From positions 7,435 through 71,434 of the forward strand of contig JAPLWA010000005.1 of the NCBI GenBank assembly GCA_026396835.1: a DNA stretch of 64,000 nt, written 5' to 3'. This document shows positions 20,617 through 29,195 of the stretch, piece by piece. Positions within the stretch are counted from its first letter, which is position 1. Every line of letters begins with the position of its first letter. The notes under the pieces were generated by a model. That model saw only the letters and a list, made by a program, of their open reading frames with translations, was not told the DNA's origin and did no database searches. The stretch comes from Candidatus Falkowbacteria bacterium. Its GTDB lineage: Bacteria; Patescibacteriota; Patescibacteriia; Patescibacteriales; Patescibacteriaceae. The position numbers and the translations under genes are program-made.

Positions 20617-20706
20617 TAGTGGTTAGTTGCTAGTTGATGGTTGCTAGATGAAAAAAATATTCCACCACCCAACAACTAACAACTGACAACCAACAACCAG
20701 CAACTA
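20617..20706 (-). promoter_or_regulatory. long imperfect hairpin in the NYN-pnp intergenic region (candidate processing or regulatory stem in the pnp leader)
   Basis: Two 34-nt arms (20617..20650 and 20673..20706) rich in GTTG/CAAC. Hand pairing on the minus-strand RNA gives 24 Watson-Crick plus 4 G-U pairs out of 34. Confidence 0.5.
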
Positions 20707-21255
20707 TCTTCCAATCAAAAACTTACGGTTATCGCTTAAGGTTATAAAGTCATCAACCTCTTCGATTAATTTAGTTGAAGCAGTTTGGCGGAAAGCCATA
20801 ACTTCAACGCGGCAACCTTTAGCGGCTTGTAAGTATTCAACTAATGGCAAATAATCACCATCACCGGATACCAAAACAATCACATCAACCTTGTCAGCTA
20901 ATTTAATTGCATCAATCGCAATACCAACATCCCAATCAGCCTTACGCGCACCACCTGAAAAAATTTGTAAATCCTTAATTACGACTTCAAATCCCTGGCT
21001 ATCAAGCGCTTCAAAAAAAGATGCTTCATCTTCACCAGCACCATGAATAACATAAGCGACAGCTCTAATTAATTGTCGATCCGCTACCGCGGCTTTTAAG
21101 ACCTCCTTAAAGTTAACGCGGCGCTTATACAAATTTTTCGCGGAGTGATACATGTTAGCAGCGTCAACCAAGACAGCGACGCGCTGATTTTTGTGTTTTG
21201 TCATAGATACTAAGGGAAGCGAACCAGTGGCCCGCTTCCTGTTGGTGTTAGTCAT
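20704..21255 (-). CDS. NYN/LabA-like domain protein (predicted RNase fold)
   Basis: [16 protein letters not shown] and [16 protein letters not shown]. The start overlaps the rpsO stop by 8 nt. Confidence 0.8.
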   Translation of the reverse strand: MTNTNRKRATGSLPLVSMTKHKNQRVAVLVDAANMYHSAKNLYKRRVNFKEVLKAAVADRQLIRAVAYVIHGAGEDEASFFEALDSQGFEVVIKDLQIFSGGARKADWDVGIAIDAIKLADKVDVIVLVSGDGDYLPLVEYLQAAKGCRVEVMAFRQTASTKLIEEVDDFITLSDNRKFLIGR

Positions 21256-21628
21256 TTTTATCTGGTTCTACTTCGTCGCTAATATCGTCTTCTAATAATT
21301 CAGCTTCAAGACGCTTGCGCTCATCTTCTTCTTCGATCATTTTCTTAGCGATCTTTAATTTAAGTTTGGCTGCCAATTCCATGAAAGACTTTTCATCTTC
21401 GCGCTGTAGGTATTTTAGTAAACGGCGACGTTCACCAACCTTACGCAACAAACCGCGACGAGAAGAGTAGTCATGCTTGTGCATCTTTAAGTGCTCAGTC
21501 AACTGATTGATTTCCTCGGTCAAAATAGCAATTTGGACTTGAGGAGAACCAGTATCGGTCTCATGAACCTTAAATTTGTTAATAATCCGTTGTTTGGCTT
21601 TTTTATCCAACATAGATTTCTTTGCCAT
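21248..21628 (-). CDS. rpsO: 30S ribosomal protein S15 with ~35-aa K/E/D-rich C-terminal extension
   Basis: [49 protein letters not shown]. Confidence 0.9.
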   Translation of the reverse strand: MAKKSMLDKKAKQRIINKFKVHETDTGSPQVQIAILTEEINQLTEHLKMHKHDYSSRRGLLRKVGERRRLLKYLQREDEKSFMELAAKLKLKIAKKMIEEEDERKRLEAELLEDDISDEVEPDKND

Positions 21629-21824
21629 GTCCTAGAAAAAGTCCGCCAGGGGCTATTTCCAAGATATGGTAAATTAATTATAAGCGGCACTCCTTAATTT
21701 ATGTAATTTGTGCCGTTCTCCAGCTTGTCTGGAGAATCTTGCCTAAACTCCGCAAAAAGAGGAAAGCAAGGTAAATCATACAACAAATTGAAAATAAAAT
21801 CAATACGTCGTACAATGTTAAGAT

Positions 21825-22778
21825 ATGCCTAAAGCTCCCCTAAAAAAGTCTCCGCTCGACCAAGCAATTATTGATTTTTTAGAGTACCTAGAAGTCGATC
21901 GCGGCCTAGCTATGCTAACTCTAAGAAATTATGATTTTTTCTTAAAACGCTTTGCCGCTTTTGCTCGTGAGCGCGGCGTTCTAAAACCTGAGAACATCAG
22001 TAAAATTTTAGTACATCAATTTAGACTTTACCTTAATCGCCTACCTTCACGCGGACCGGACAACATAAAAAAGAATACACAAAATTATCATTTAATTGCT
22101 TTGCGCACATTTTTGAAATACTTAATTAAGAATGATGTTAAAACCTTAGAGCCAGAAAAAATTGAATTAGCTAAACAAATGCCGCGCCAAGTTGATTTTC
22201 TCGAAGGTTCTGATTTAGAAAAAATATTAGAAGCTCCTTTGCATGACAAAAAGGACAGTCTCGCCGGCTTACGCGATAAAGCTTTATTAGAAACTTTATT
22301 TTCAACTGGCTTGCGTGTTAGTGAATTATCAAAATTAAAAATTGAAGAAATAAATTTAGCCAAACCAGAATTTACGGTCCGCGGAAAAGGTTCAAAAGTT
22401 CGTTTAGTTTTTCTATCAGAAAATTCTCGGCATTGGATTAAGAAATATTTAGCCGAGCGCACTGATCTAAATCCTTATTTGTTTATTAGTCATGGCAAAA
22501 TAAATATAATTGAAACAGAAAGTTGTTTAACGCCGCGCTCGATCGAAAGATTAGTAGCGCGCTATGCTCGTCTATCAGGTATCATGAAAAAGGTAACGCC
22601 ACATACAATGCGCCATAGCTATGCCACAGATTTACTGATGAACGGCGCCGATATTAGATCGGTCCAAGCCATGCTAGGTCATGCTTCAATCACCACCACT
22701 CAAGTTTATACTCACATAACAGATCAACAGTTGCGCGATGTTTATCAAGCATTTCATGGTAAGAAGAGAAGAAAGTGA
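21825..22778 (+). CDS. tyrosine recombinase, XerC/XerD family
   Basis: N-terminal SAM-like domain. The catalytic region contains GLRVSEL, HTMRHSYATDLL and LGHASITTTQVYTH (R..HxxR..Y). Confidence 0.85.
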   Translation: MPKAPLKKSPLDQAIIDFLEYLEVDRGLAMLTLRNYDFFLKRFAAFARERGVLKPENISKILVHQFRLYLNRLPSRGPDNIKKNTQNYHLIALRTFLKYLIKNDVKTLEPEKIELAKQMPRQVDFLEGSDLEKILEAPLHDKKDSLAGLRDKALLETLFSTGLRVSELSKLKIEEINLAKPEFTVRGKGSKVRLVFLSENSRHWIKKYLAERTDLNPYLFISHGKINIIETESCLTPRSIERLVARYARLSGIMKKVTPHTMRHSYATDLLMNGADIRSVQAMLGHASITTTQVYTHITDQQLRDVYQAFHGKKRRK

Positions 22779-22878
22779 CACGCAGTGTCATCCTGAACTT
22801 GTTTCAGGAGCCACTCCATGTCATTGACAATAAACAATTTTATTGTTATTTTAACACCAGCCCAGGGGGCTGAAATTA

Positions 22879-22950
22879 GTCCTCGTAGTTCAATGGATAG
22901 AACAGGAGACTTCTAATCTCTAGATCTAGGTCCGATTCCTAGCGAGGGCA
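22879..22950 (+). tRNA. tRNA-Arg (anticodon TCT at 22912..22914)
   Basis: Hand-folded 72-nt cloverleaf: acceptor GTCCTCG/CGAGGGC (one G-U), anticodon loop CTTCTAA, discriminator A. The T-loop reads TCCGATT, with C at canonical position 55. Confidence 0.85.
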
Positions 22951-22972
22951 CACGAAGATAAGTGAAAAATAT

Positions 22973-23512
22973 ATGACCTGGCTTCTGTATATACTTGTTG
23001 TTATTTTCACTGTTAGTATTATCTTCTTAGCGGTTCAGTTTTTTAACATTCTCTTTCGCGGTCAAGCGCCATTCATTTCAACAAAAAAGCGCATTCTACT
23101 TCAAATCTCAAAAGGAATTAAGATTAAACCTAATGAGGTATTCTATGAGCTAGGGGCTGGTCGAGCCTGCCTTTTGGGTCTTATGTCTAAAGAGCAGCCG
23201 CAAGCTCAATTTGTCGCTTTGGAGTATGCAATTTTACCCTATCTTTTAGCTTGTCTTCGCTATGCTTTTTCAAAAAGCGATATCCGCATTAAGCGACAAA
23301 ACATGTTTTTAGCAAACTTGAACAATGCTAATTATATCTATTGCTATCTTAACAGAGAGATGATGATAAAGCTTGAAAAGAAGTTTACGAATGAATGTAA
23401 ACCTGATACGGTTATTATTAGTTATCAATTTGTGATGCCACATTTTCGTCCATATAAAATAATTACGGCTAGCAAAAGTGAGAAAATTTATTTCTACCGC
23501 CTTGAGCGGTAA
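22973..23512 (+). CDS. small membrane-anchored putative class I SAM-dependent methyltransferase
   Basis: N-terminal TM helix and a motif I-like YELGAGRACLL. Weak call. Confidence 0.45.
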   Translation: MTWLLYILVVIFTVSIIFLAVQFFNILFRGQAPFISTKKRILLQISKGIKIKPNEVFYELGAGRACLLGLMSKEQPQAQFVALEYAILPYLLACLRYAFSKSDIRIKRQNMFLANLNNANYIYCYLNREMMIKLEKKFTNECKPDTVIISYQFVMPHFRPYKIITASKSEKIYFYRLER

Positions 23513-23517
23513 CATAT

Positions 23518-23590
23518 GGTGCCTATAGTTTAATGGTAGAACATCGGGTTGTGGTCCCGTCAGCGAGGGTTCGATTCCCTCTAGGCACCC
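23518..23590 (+). tRNA. tRNA-His (anticodon GTG at 23551..23553)
   Basis: Hand-folded. An encoded G-1 opposite C73 is the tRNA-His hallmark. Anticodon loop TTGTGGT, T-arm GAGGG TTCGATT CCCTC. Confidence 0.85.
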
Positions 23591-23709
23591 ATTTTACAGG
23601 AGTTTATAAACTCATTTCCATCAGTGTTTACAGGGCTTTCTTAATAGAAGGCCTTTGCAATTTTAAAAACAAATATAAAAAATGACATCTATTTTATATG
23701 GGGTCAAAA

Positions 23710-24291
23710 TCATAACTGCTCAGATAATGTGGCAAACAATTCGATAAAACTACTCCTTATTTTTCTCTCAGTAACCCCGTTAAAGATCGCATCAAAATCA
23801 TGATCTTTTAATTCAGATGCCTTCTTATTGAACTGTCTTTGAAACTCATCTTTGCAATAAGCTCTAAAGTTGACCAAGCTACTGAATTCGGCTGGATTCC
23901 GAGGATCCTTGCCTGCAAAATTCAACATCAAGTGCTCAGAGTTAAACTCTATAAACTGAACTATATCACCGCTTTGCCTTACAAGATCTTCTATAGCAGG
24001 AGAATCATCAAGATCTTTGTCTAAAACAAAAAATAATTTTTGACCCTTATATCTTCCATCGTTTTTTATCAAACGAAATTTGTTTTCAAAATCAGATAAA
24101 TTTCCAGCACCATCTAATTTACCCCTTGATATTCCAGCGCTTGCAATATCAACTTTGTCACTAAACTTAATATTTGATTTAGCAAAAAGTTCTCTATATC
24201 TATTCTTTGTTAAGTAGCTAAAAAGATTATATTCCGTTGTTCCTTCGCTAACTAATAAATAATATACATCAAAACTTTTCTTGACGCTCAT
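23710..24291 (-). CDS. RloB-like / TOPRIM-like small protein, partner of the upstream ATPase
   Basis: 193 aa. LLVSEGTTEYNLFSYL resembles the RloB N-terminal EGxxTExxYF motif. An acidic FFVLDKDLDD cluster is present. It starts 5 nt downstream of the ATPase stop. Confidence 0.6.
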   Translation of the reverse strand: MSVKKSFDVYYLLVSEGTTEYNLFSYLTKNRYRELFAKSNIKFSDKVDIASAGISRGKLDGAGNLSDFENKFRLIKNDGRYKGQKLFFVLDKDLDDSPAIEDLVRQSGDIVQFIEFNSEHLMLNFAGKDPRNPAEFSSLVNFRAYCKDEFQRQFNKKASELKDHDFDAIFNGVTERKIRSSFIELFATLSEQL

Positions 24292-24296
24292 AAGTC

Positions 24297-25583
24297 TTAA
24301 AGTAAGTTATTTATTATTCTATTAAAATCAATCGTGTCAGGAACTCCCCCGAGAGACCCGAAGCGGTATATTCTTTTAATGTTGTCTCGTTCTTTTACAT
24401 CATAATCCGACACCTTTGATACTATGATATTATCATCTTTTTTTTCTAATATATGAGCTTGATCATTTTGAAGAATATCAAAGGTTTCATGATTGTGTGA
24501 CGAGAAAAATATTTGTGCATTATTTTTGTTAATATCCTTATCTTTAAAGAGATTGAGTAGCGCGATCTCCATGTCTGGATGATAATATTTACTTGTTTCG
24601 TCATATACGACAATACCACCCACTTTTATTATTCTAAGAACCTCACTTATATAAGAAATAAGCTCTCGTGTTCCTGCAGAAAGCTCCATTACACCAAGCT
24701 CTTTATAAAAGTTATTATACTTTGCGTCGTATTTAATACTAAAAGAACCATTAGTAGGATTACTATTAGAATAATTATCACCAATTTTTTCTATATTGAG
24801 TTTCTCGAAGGATGGTTCAAAATATTTAACAACAGAATTAACGGCGTTAATTTTTTCGCCAGCTATTTTTGAATCGCTATTAAGATAGTTAATCGCAAAA
24901 GCCATTAATCCGCTTATATTATTTTGTCCCATTTGAACAGATCGTTTATCAGTAATAAAACAAACCTCAGTCTTTATTTTCTTAAGTCCGGAGACTCCAA
25001 TTTCTTCCTTTAGGTTGCCGAATACAGATATATCAGAGCTATCATCTAAGAGAATAGAAAGAAATGATGATTTTTTAGGCGCCACAATATTTTCAGCTAA
25101 TGACGCTATCTTCCTTTTTATGCTTGCCTCAAATGAAATATTGTGATTTTCTCTCGTAAATACCTTTTTATTATTTTTAAATAAAATTTCTCGAGAAATC
25201 TCTTTGCCTTCATTTGTGATTGAAAATGAATAGCAATACTTATCTTCATCAATTATAAAATCCATCTCCATCTCAATAGGCTTTAATTGCATTGAGATGT
25301 GATAATTGGGTAGAGCTAGTACAATATCCTGTTTTATGCCATTTGGAGCAATCACAAAATCTTGCTGTCTTGTAAACATAACTCTGATTATCGTATCTAT
25401 GAGGTTTAATATTGTGCTTTTCCCTGATGCGTTTGCACCATAAAAACCAGATATAAGAGAGACTCTCTCTTTCCCCGCATTTACATATCCGATTTTTTCT
25501 TTCTCTCCGCCCTCAATAAAACTAACCTCTACAGTATCTTTAACCCCATAAAAATTGCTTGCCTTAATTCTTGTGATTAACAT
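24297..25583 (-). CDS. ABC-type (AAA_15/AAA_21-like) ATPase of OLD/AbiL/PARIS-like systems
   Basis: Start chosen at MLITRIKASNFYG (ATG 25583). Walker A GANASGKST, signature-like LSAGTRELISY, Walker B GGIVVYDE, H-loop FSSHNHE, C-terminal YRFGSLGGVP. Confidence 0.75.
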   Translation of the reverse strand: MLITRIKASNFYGVKDTVEVSFIEGGEKEKIGYVNAGKERVSLISGFYGANASGKSTILNLIDTIIRVMFTRQQDFVIAPNGIKQDIVLALPNYHISMQLKPIEMEMDFIIDEDKYCYSFSITNEGKEISREILFKNNKKVFTRENHNISFEASIKRKIASLAENIVAPKKSSFLSILLDDSSDISVFGNLKEEIGVSGLKKIKTEVCFITDKRSVQMGQNNISGLMAFAINYLNSDSKIAGEKINAVNSVVKYFEPSFEKLNIEKIGDNYSNSNPTNGSFSIKYDAKYNNFYKELGVMELSAGTRELISYISEVLRIIKVGGIVVYDETSKYYHPDMEIALLNLFKDKDINKNNAQIFFSSHNHETFDILQNDQAHILEKKDDNIIVSKVSDYDVKERDNIKRIYRFGSLGGVPDTIDFNRIINNLL

Positions 25584-25765
25584 ATTTTTTATATAAATGA
25601 CATTATTTTGTAATAATATAATATATATTATCACAGATATATTTATAAGTCAAGTATTTTGACAAAAAAGTGTCATTTTCCTATAAGTTCAGTAAAAATA
25701 GTTCTAATTTTTGCTAAAAATCATTGCCATTTTAGAAAGTAGATAGCCCGAGAAAATAATATTAT

Positions 25766-25821
25766 AAGATAAGTTCATCAACGACCCATTTCAAAATTCA
25801 GCTCTTTTCGGGCTGTTTTTT
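25766..25821 (+). repeat. island box-hairpin element, copy 1
   Basis: AAGATAAGTTCATCAACGACCC + spacer + CAGCTCTTTTCGGGCTG + T-run. No plus-strand gene lies upstream of it. Confidence 0.85.
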
Positions 25822-25879
25822 GTTATAAAATTGTTAGACCCTAGTGGGAGTTGAATATAAAAGATATAATAGTATTAAT

Positions 25880-26191
25880 ATGTTTAATTCTAAAAAAGTA
25901 AAAATTATTTTAACCAGTATTTTAATTACCTTAATATTAATTAGTATTTTAATCATTATTAATCTAGATAGACTCAGAATATATCCAGTTGAACCAGCTG
26001 TAAGCCCTGAGGCTCAAAATAAATTTAATGCGTGCTTAGTTGATGTTGCTAGTCGTTATGGGGAGCAAAGACAATTAATAAAGCATGACCCAAAAAATAC
26101 TTATGGATTAGACACCTTATTAAAAGAATTAGATGAACGTGAGAATAAAGCTGAAATAGATTGTTATAAATTTATTTCTCCGTCGTTGTAA
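25880..26191 (+). CDS. small single-pass membrane protein, unknown function
   Basis: The ORF-track ORF starts at GTG 25844. I prefer ATG 25880 (MFNSKKVKIILTSIL...). Confidence 0.4.
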   Translation: MFNSKKVKIILTSILITLILISILIIINLDRLRIYPVEPAVSPEAQNKFNACLVDVASRYGEQRQLIKHDPKNTYGLDTLLKELDERENKAEIDCYKFISPSL

Positions 26192-26307
26192 TAAACTTGT
26201 TTACCAAACAATCCATCAAAATAGTTTTCTCCGTCAAAGACGGACAGGTAACTTTCTTGATTGCTTGCCCTAAAACGTGTAAAAAATTGAGATGCTAAAA
26301 TATAAAT

Positions 26308-26568
26308 ATGAATAAAGAAACTACAATAAAACTACTAGGCTATACAGGAACAATTGTTGCTATTATAATGTTTTTATCTTTAATCGAAATTGCTAGGGCA
26401 AACATGAGTGGTCAGACTCATATTATTATCCAGCCATTGGCTACTATTCTTAATTGTTCGATTTGGTCAACATACGCCATTCTCAATAAAGACAAATTTG
26501 TCTTTATGGCAAATATGCCAGGGGTCTTACTTGGTGTCTTTACTGTTATTACTGCTTTGGTAAAATAG
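26308..26568 (+). CDS. SemiSWEET-like (PQ-loop/MtN3 half-transporter) membrane protein
   Basis: 86 aa with three TM helices. Size and pattern are typical of bacterial SemiSWEETs. Confidence 0.65.
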   Translation: MNKETTIKLLGYTGTIVAIIMFLSLIEIARANMSGQTHIIIQPLATILNCSIWSTYAILNKDKFVFMANMPGVLLGVFTVITALVK

Positions 26569-26620
26569 AATCATTAACTAAGTAATCAATAAAAAGATAA
26601 AAAATAAATACTATTTTAAT

Positions 26621-26938
26621 ATGGAATTCAAGAAATTACAAAATAACGTTGCAAAAGTATTTTTAAATAATTTAAAAAGAGATAACATCAAACTAAGTGA
26701 TGATTATTTAATTTTAAAATTAACGGAAGAGCTTGGTGAATTTGTTCAATCATATCTAATGCATAAAAAAAGATGTAGACCAGAAAAACATGTATCCGAA
26801 AAAGAATCAAAAAGACTAACATCCAAAGAATTAGCCGACGTACTTGGCTTAGTACTGGTTATCTCTAAAAATTTAAAAATCGATGTAGAAGAGGCTTTAG
26901 TCAAAAAATGGATAACTAGAGAGTGGATTAAAAAATAA
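26621..26938 (+). CDS. MazG-like nucleotide pyrophosphohydrolase
   Basis: LTEELGEFVQ ... ELADVLGLVLVIS ... EEAL.KKW, the EExxE/ExxD helix pattern. Confidence 0.65.
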   Translation: MEFKKLQNNVAKVFLNNLKRDNIKLSDDYLILKLTEELGEFVQSYLMHKKRCRPEKHVSEKESKRLTSKELADVLGLVLVISKNLKIDVEEALVKKWITREWIKK

Positions 26939-26948
26939 ATCGAAGTAT

Positions 26949-27012
26949 AAGATAAGTTCATAAACGACCCTTGTGATACAATAAAAACACCTTCTTTTTG
27001 GAGGTGTTTTTT
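26949..27012 (+). repeat. island box-hairpin element, copy 2
   Basis: AAGATAAGTTCATAAACGACCC + spacer + ACACCTTCTTTTTGGAGGTGT + T-run. The stem sequence differs from the other copies. Confidence 0.85.
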
Positions 27013-27059
27013 GTTTGGTGCTATAATTTAACTATAAACTAATTAATATTTTATTTTAT

Positions 27060-27629
27060 ATGGGTAACAATCAATCTACTGAGGCAAGCACCATGCCAGC
27101 AGAACAAGCTAATAATATTCAAGAGCGTGATAAAATTGATTTCTACTTTATAGTTTTCATGATACTTGGAGTTCCTTTTTTAAGCTTTTATTTTGTTTTT
27201 GGATCTCCTATCTTTACTGGTTATTTTTCTGAAATAAGAGACGAAGGATATGGGGCGATACTCCCGGCTATTTTTATGACATTTGTTTTGCCGTATATAA
27301 TAAACATTGTGCTAAATAGCATATTAAGCCTATATGTTTCTACTAAAAAGGGGGTATATATTATAAATTTTATAAGCCTTGTTATTCTTGCTTTTATAGA
27401 ATTTTTTATTTTAAGTAATTATTATCTATCGTCAAGTGGACTTATGAGCTCCGTAAAATATTTTTTAGATACTTTTTTAATGGTGATTTCTTTTTGTCTG
27501 ATGTTGTTGTTATATATTAGATTAAGAAGTGTCCCGAGAAGCGATACTACAAGAAATAAAAAAATACTTACTGGTCTGGTCATCTCTGCATACTTAGCTT
27601 TTTTAGTTTTAATTAGCGGTGCTATATAA
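27060..27629 (+). CDS. polytopic membrane protein, unknown function
   Basis: 189 aa with about 5 hydrophobic helices. Confidence 0.5.
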   Translation: MGNNQSTEASTMPAEQANNIQERDKIDFYFIVFMILGVPFLSFYFVFGSPIFTGYFSEIRDEGYGAILPAIFMTFVLPYIINIVLNSILSLYVSTKKGVYIINFISLVILAFIEFFILSNYYLSSSGLMSSVKYFLDTFLMVISFCLMLLLYIRLRSVPRSDTTRNKKILTGLVISAYLAFLVLISGAI

Positions 27630-27737
27630 TTAGCTTTTAAAAATCTTAACCCATCACATAGTTATAACTTTTTTAATAATTTTTTTAACCATCCCTCCCA
27701 CTACCGCCCCATTTGATACTATATTTATAACCAAACC

Positions 27738-27787
27738 CCAACTTGGACCCAAATACAAAATAGCCCTTTTTGGGCTGTTTTTATTTA
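27738..27787 (+). repeat. island box-hairpin element, degenerate copy
   Basis: CCCAACTTGGACCCAAATACAAAATAGCCCTTTTTGGGCTGTTTTTATTT. Compare copy 6: CATCAACGACCCAAATATAAAATAGCCCTTTCGGGCTG. Confidence 0.6.
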
Positions 27788-27816
27788 TTATCAAAGTTAG
27801 CTATACTTAATAATAT

Positions 27817-28593
27817 ATGAACAACAAAGAAGGTCTGCTAGCTCAAGATCCCAACAACGAAAAGGGCTATTTTGAGCAGGAACTATGGCAAAAGAAAACG
27901 CATTTCTTGGACGTGGTCCGAAAAAGTCTTGAGGCAAACACCGATGATTCTCTTGAAGAGAAAGAAAATCACTTAGAAAAAATCGGTGAAGCATTAGCCT
28001 TGTCCTTAGAAATACACAAGGATCAAGCACCGCGCGAAGACGGTCCATACGTCTTTCATGTTCTGCGCGTCGCCACTCGCTTAGTAGAAGAATTTGGTAT
28101 TACTAATCAAGAAAATATTATTGCCGCTTTGTTGCATGATTCAATTGAAGATCAGTCCGAAGCCTTAGCAAAGCTTTCTCAAGGAGACGGGTCCGTAAAA
28201 AATAAGGCCTTATCATATCTAGAACATACTTTTGGTAAACGTGTTCGCGATATTGTTCTAAAGTTGTGTAATCCTGATATTGATAAATCCCAGCCAAAAC
28301 AGGTTTATCTAGATGACTATGCGCAGCATATTCGTGAAGCGACCGAAGACCTGGCAGTACTATCAATTAAACTTTCTGACTTTATGGATAATGGCTTGAA
28401 TCTAGACTCTATCAAGGATAACAGCAAGCGTCTCTGGTATAGTCAAAAATATTTACCAGTAATGGAAATATTTACTGAGCGACTCAATGAACATCCCTCT
28501 GTTTTCAGTCTTGAAAAAACCAACGAGATTAAAGCTATTTTGGTGGCAGAAGCAGACAAAACAAAAGATTTTATTGCTAGCTTTCTAGACTAA
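27817..28593 (+). CDS. HD-domain protein, RelA/SpoT-type (p)ppGpp-hydrolase-like
   Basis: HVLRVATRLVEEFG....IIAALLHDSIED (the H..HD..ED pattern of HD_4). Confidence 0.65.
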   Translation: MNNKEGLLAQDPNNEKGYFEQELWQKKTHFLDVVRKSLEANTDDSLEEKENHLEKIGEALALSLEIHKDQAPREDGPYVFHVLRVATRLVEEFGITNQENIIAALLHDSIEDQSEALAKLSQGDGSVKNKALSYLEHTFGKRVRDIVLKLCNPDIDKSQPKQVYLDDYAQHIREATEDLAVLSIKLSDFMDNGLNLDSIKDNSKRLWYSQKYLPVMEIFTERLNEHPSVFSLEKTNEIKAILVAEADKTKDFIASFLD

Positions 28594-28603
28594 ATAAAAA
28601 TAT

Positions 28604-28679
28604 AAAATAAGTTCATAAACGACCATTTAAAAATCAGTCCCGTATAGCGCAAGCTTTTACGGGACTATTTTTATTTTTT
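28604..28679 (+). repeat. island box-hairpin element, copy 3
   Basis: AAAATAAGTTCATAAACGACCA + spacer + AGTCCCGTA..TACGGGACT + T-run. The stem sequence differs from the other copies. Confidence 0.85.
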
Positions 28680-28732
28680 ACAAAAAGAGCCACCCGCTAA
28701 AAACCTTGCGGGTGGCTAAATATATTGGAGAT

Positions 28733-29029
28733 CTAAAGGCTTTCGTCATTGCCGTCAAATTCGCTCTTCGCATCTGGATGATTTTTCTTCCATCGGTCGA
28801 TTACAAATTGCGGAATTTTAAGATTTTTAACGACCTTACCGCAAATCGGGCATTTTACAGAAAAATACTCGTGCTTAGCGTGCGTTCCAAAATAATGAAA
28901 CAAATTCACATCAACATCGGAAATTTCAAACTCGGTATCACAATTATCTATCTTAAGAGTTTTATCGCCCGTGCACTTTGCCTTGGATTCCCAAGGTTTT
29001 TCTAAATCTGACTTTTTAACAAGTGTCAT
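28733..29029 (-). CDS. small hypothetical protein with CPICG zinc-ribbon-like motif
   Basis: 98 aa. It has the only strong Shine-Dalgarno sequence I found in the window (TAAGGAGAAGTATT-ATG). Hairpin AGCCACCCGC/GCGGGTGGCT lies downstream. Confidence 0.55.
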   Translation of the reverse strand: MTLVKKSDLEKPWESKAKCTGDKTLKIDNCDTEFEISDVDVNLFHYFGTHAKHEYFSVKCPICGKVVKNLKIPQFVIDRWKKNHPDAKSEFDGNDESL

Positions 29030-29195
29030 AATACTTCTCCTTAGATTATTTTTTTATTTAGTTAATTATTTCTGGCGCCATAACCAAAAACAATTAACCA
29101 AATATTTATTAATGAACGATAGGCTAGAATATCATTTATTTTGATTTTTGTCAATGATATCTCTCGCTATAAGATTAACTCCCAGTATGTCTATT

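Noticed and set aside
21825-22778. The tyrosine recombinase as an integron integrase (IntI).
   Set aside because: It is 317 aa with ordinary XerC/D spacing between the conserved HxxR and Y regions. I see no IntI-specific extra segment before the HTMRH motif. It is also co-oriented with the array rather than divergent from it.
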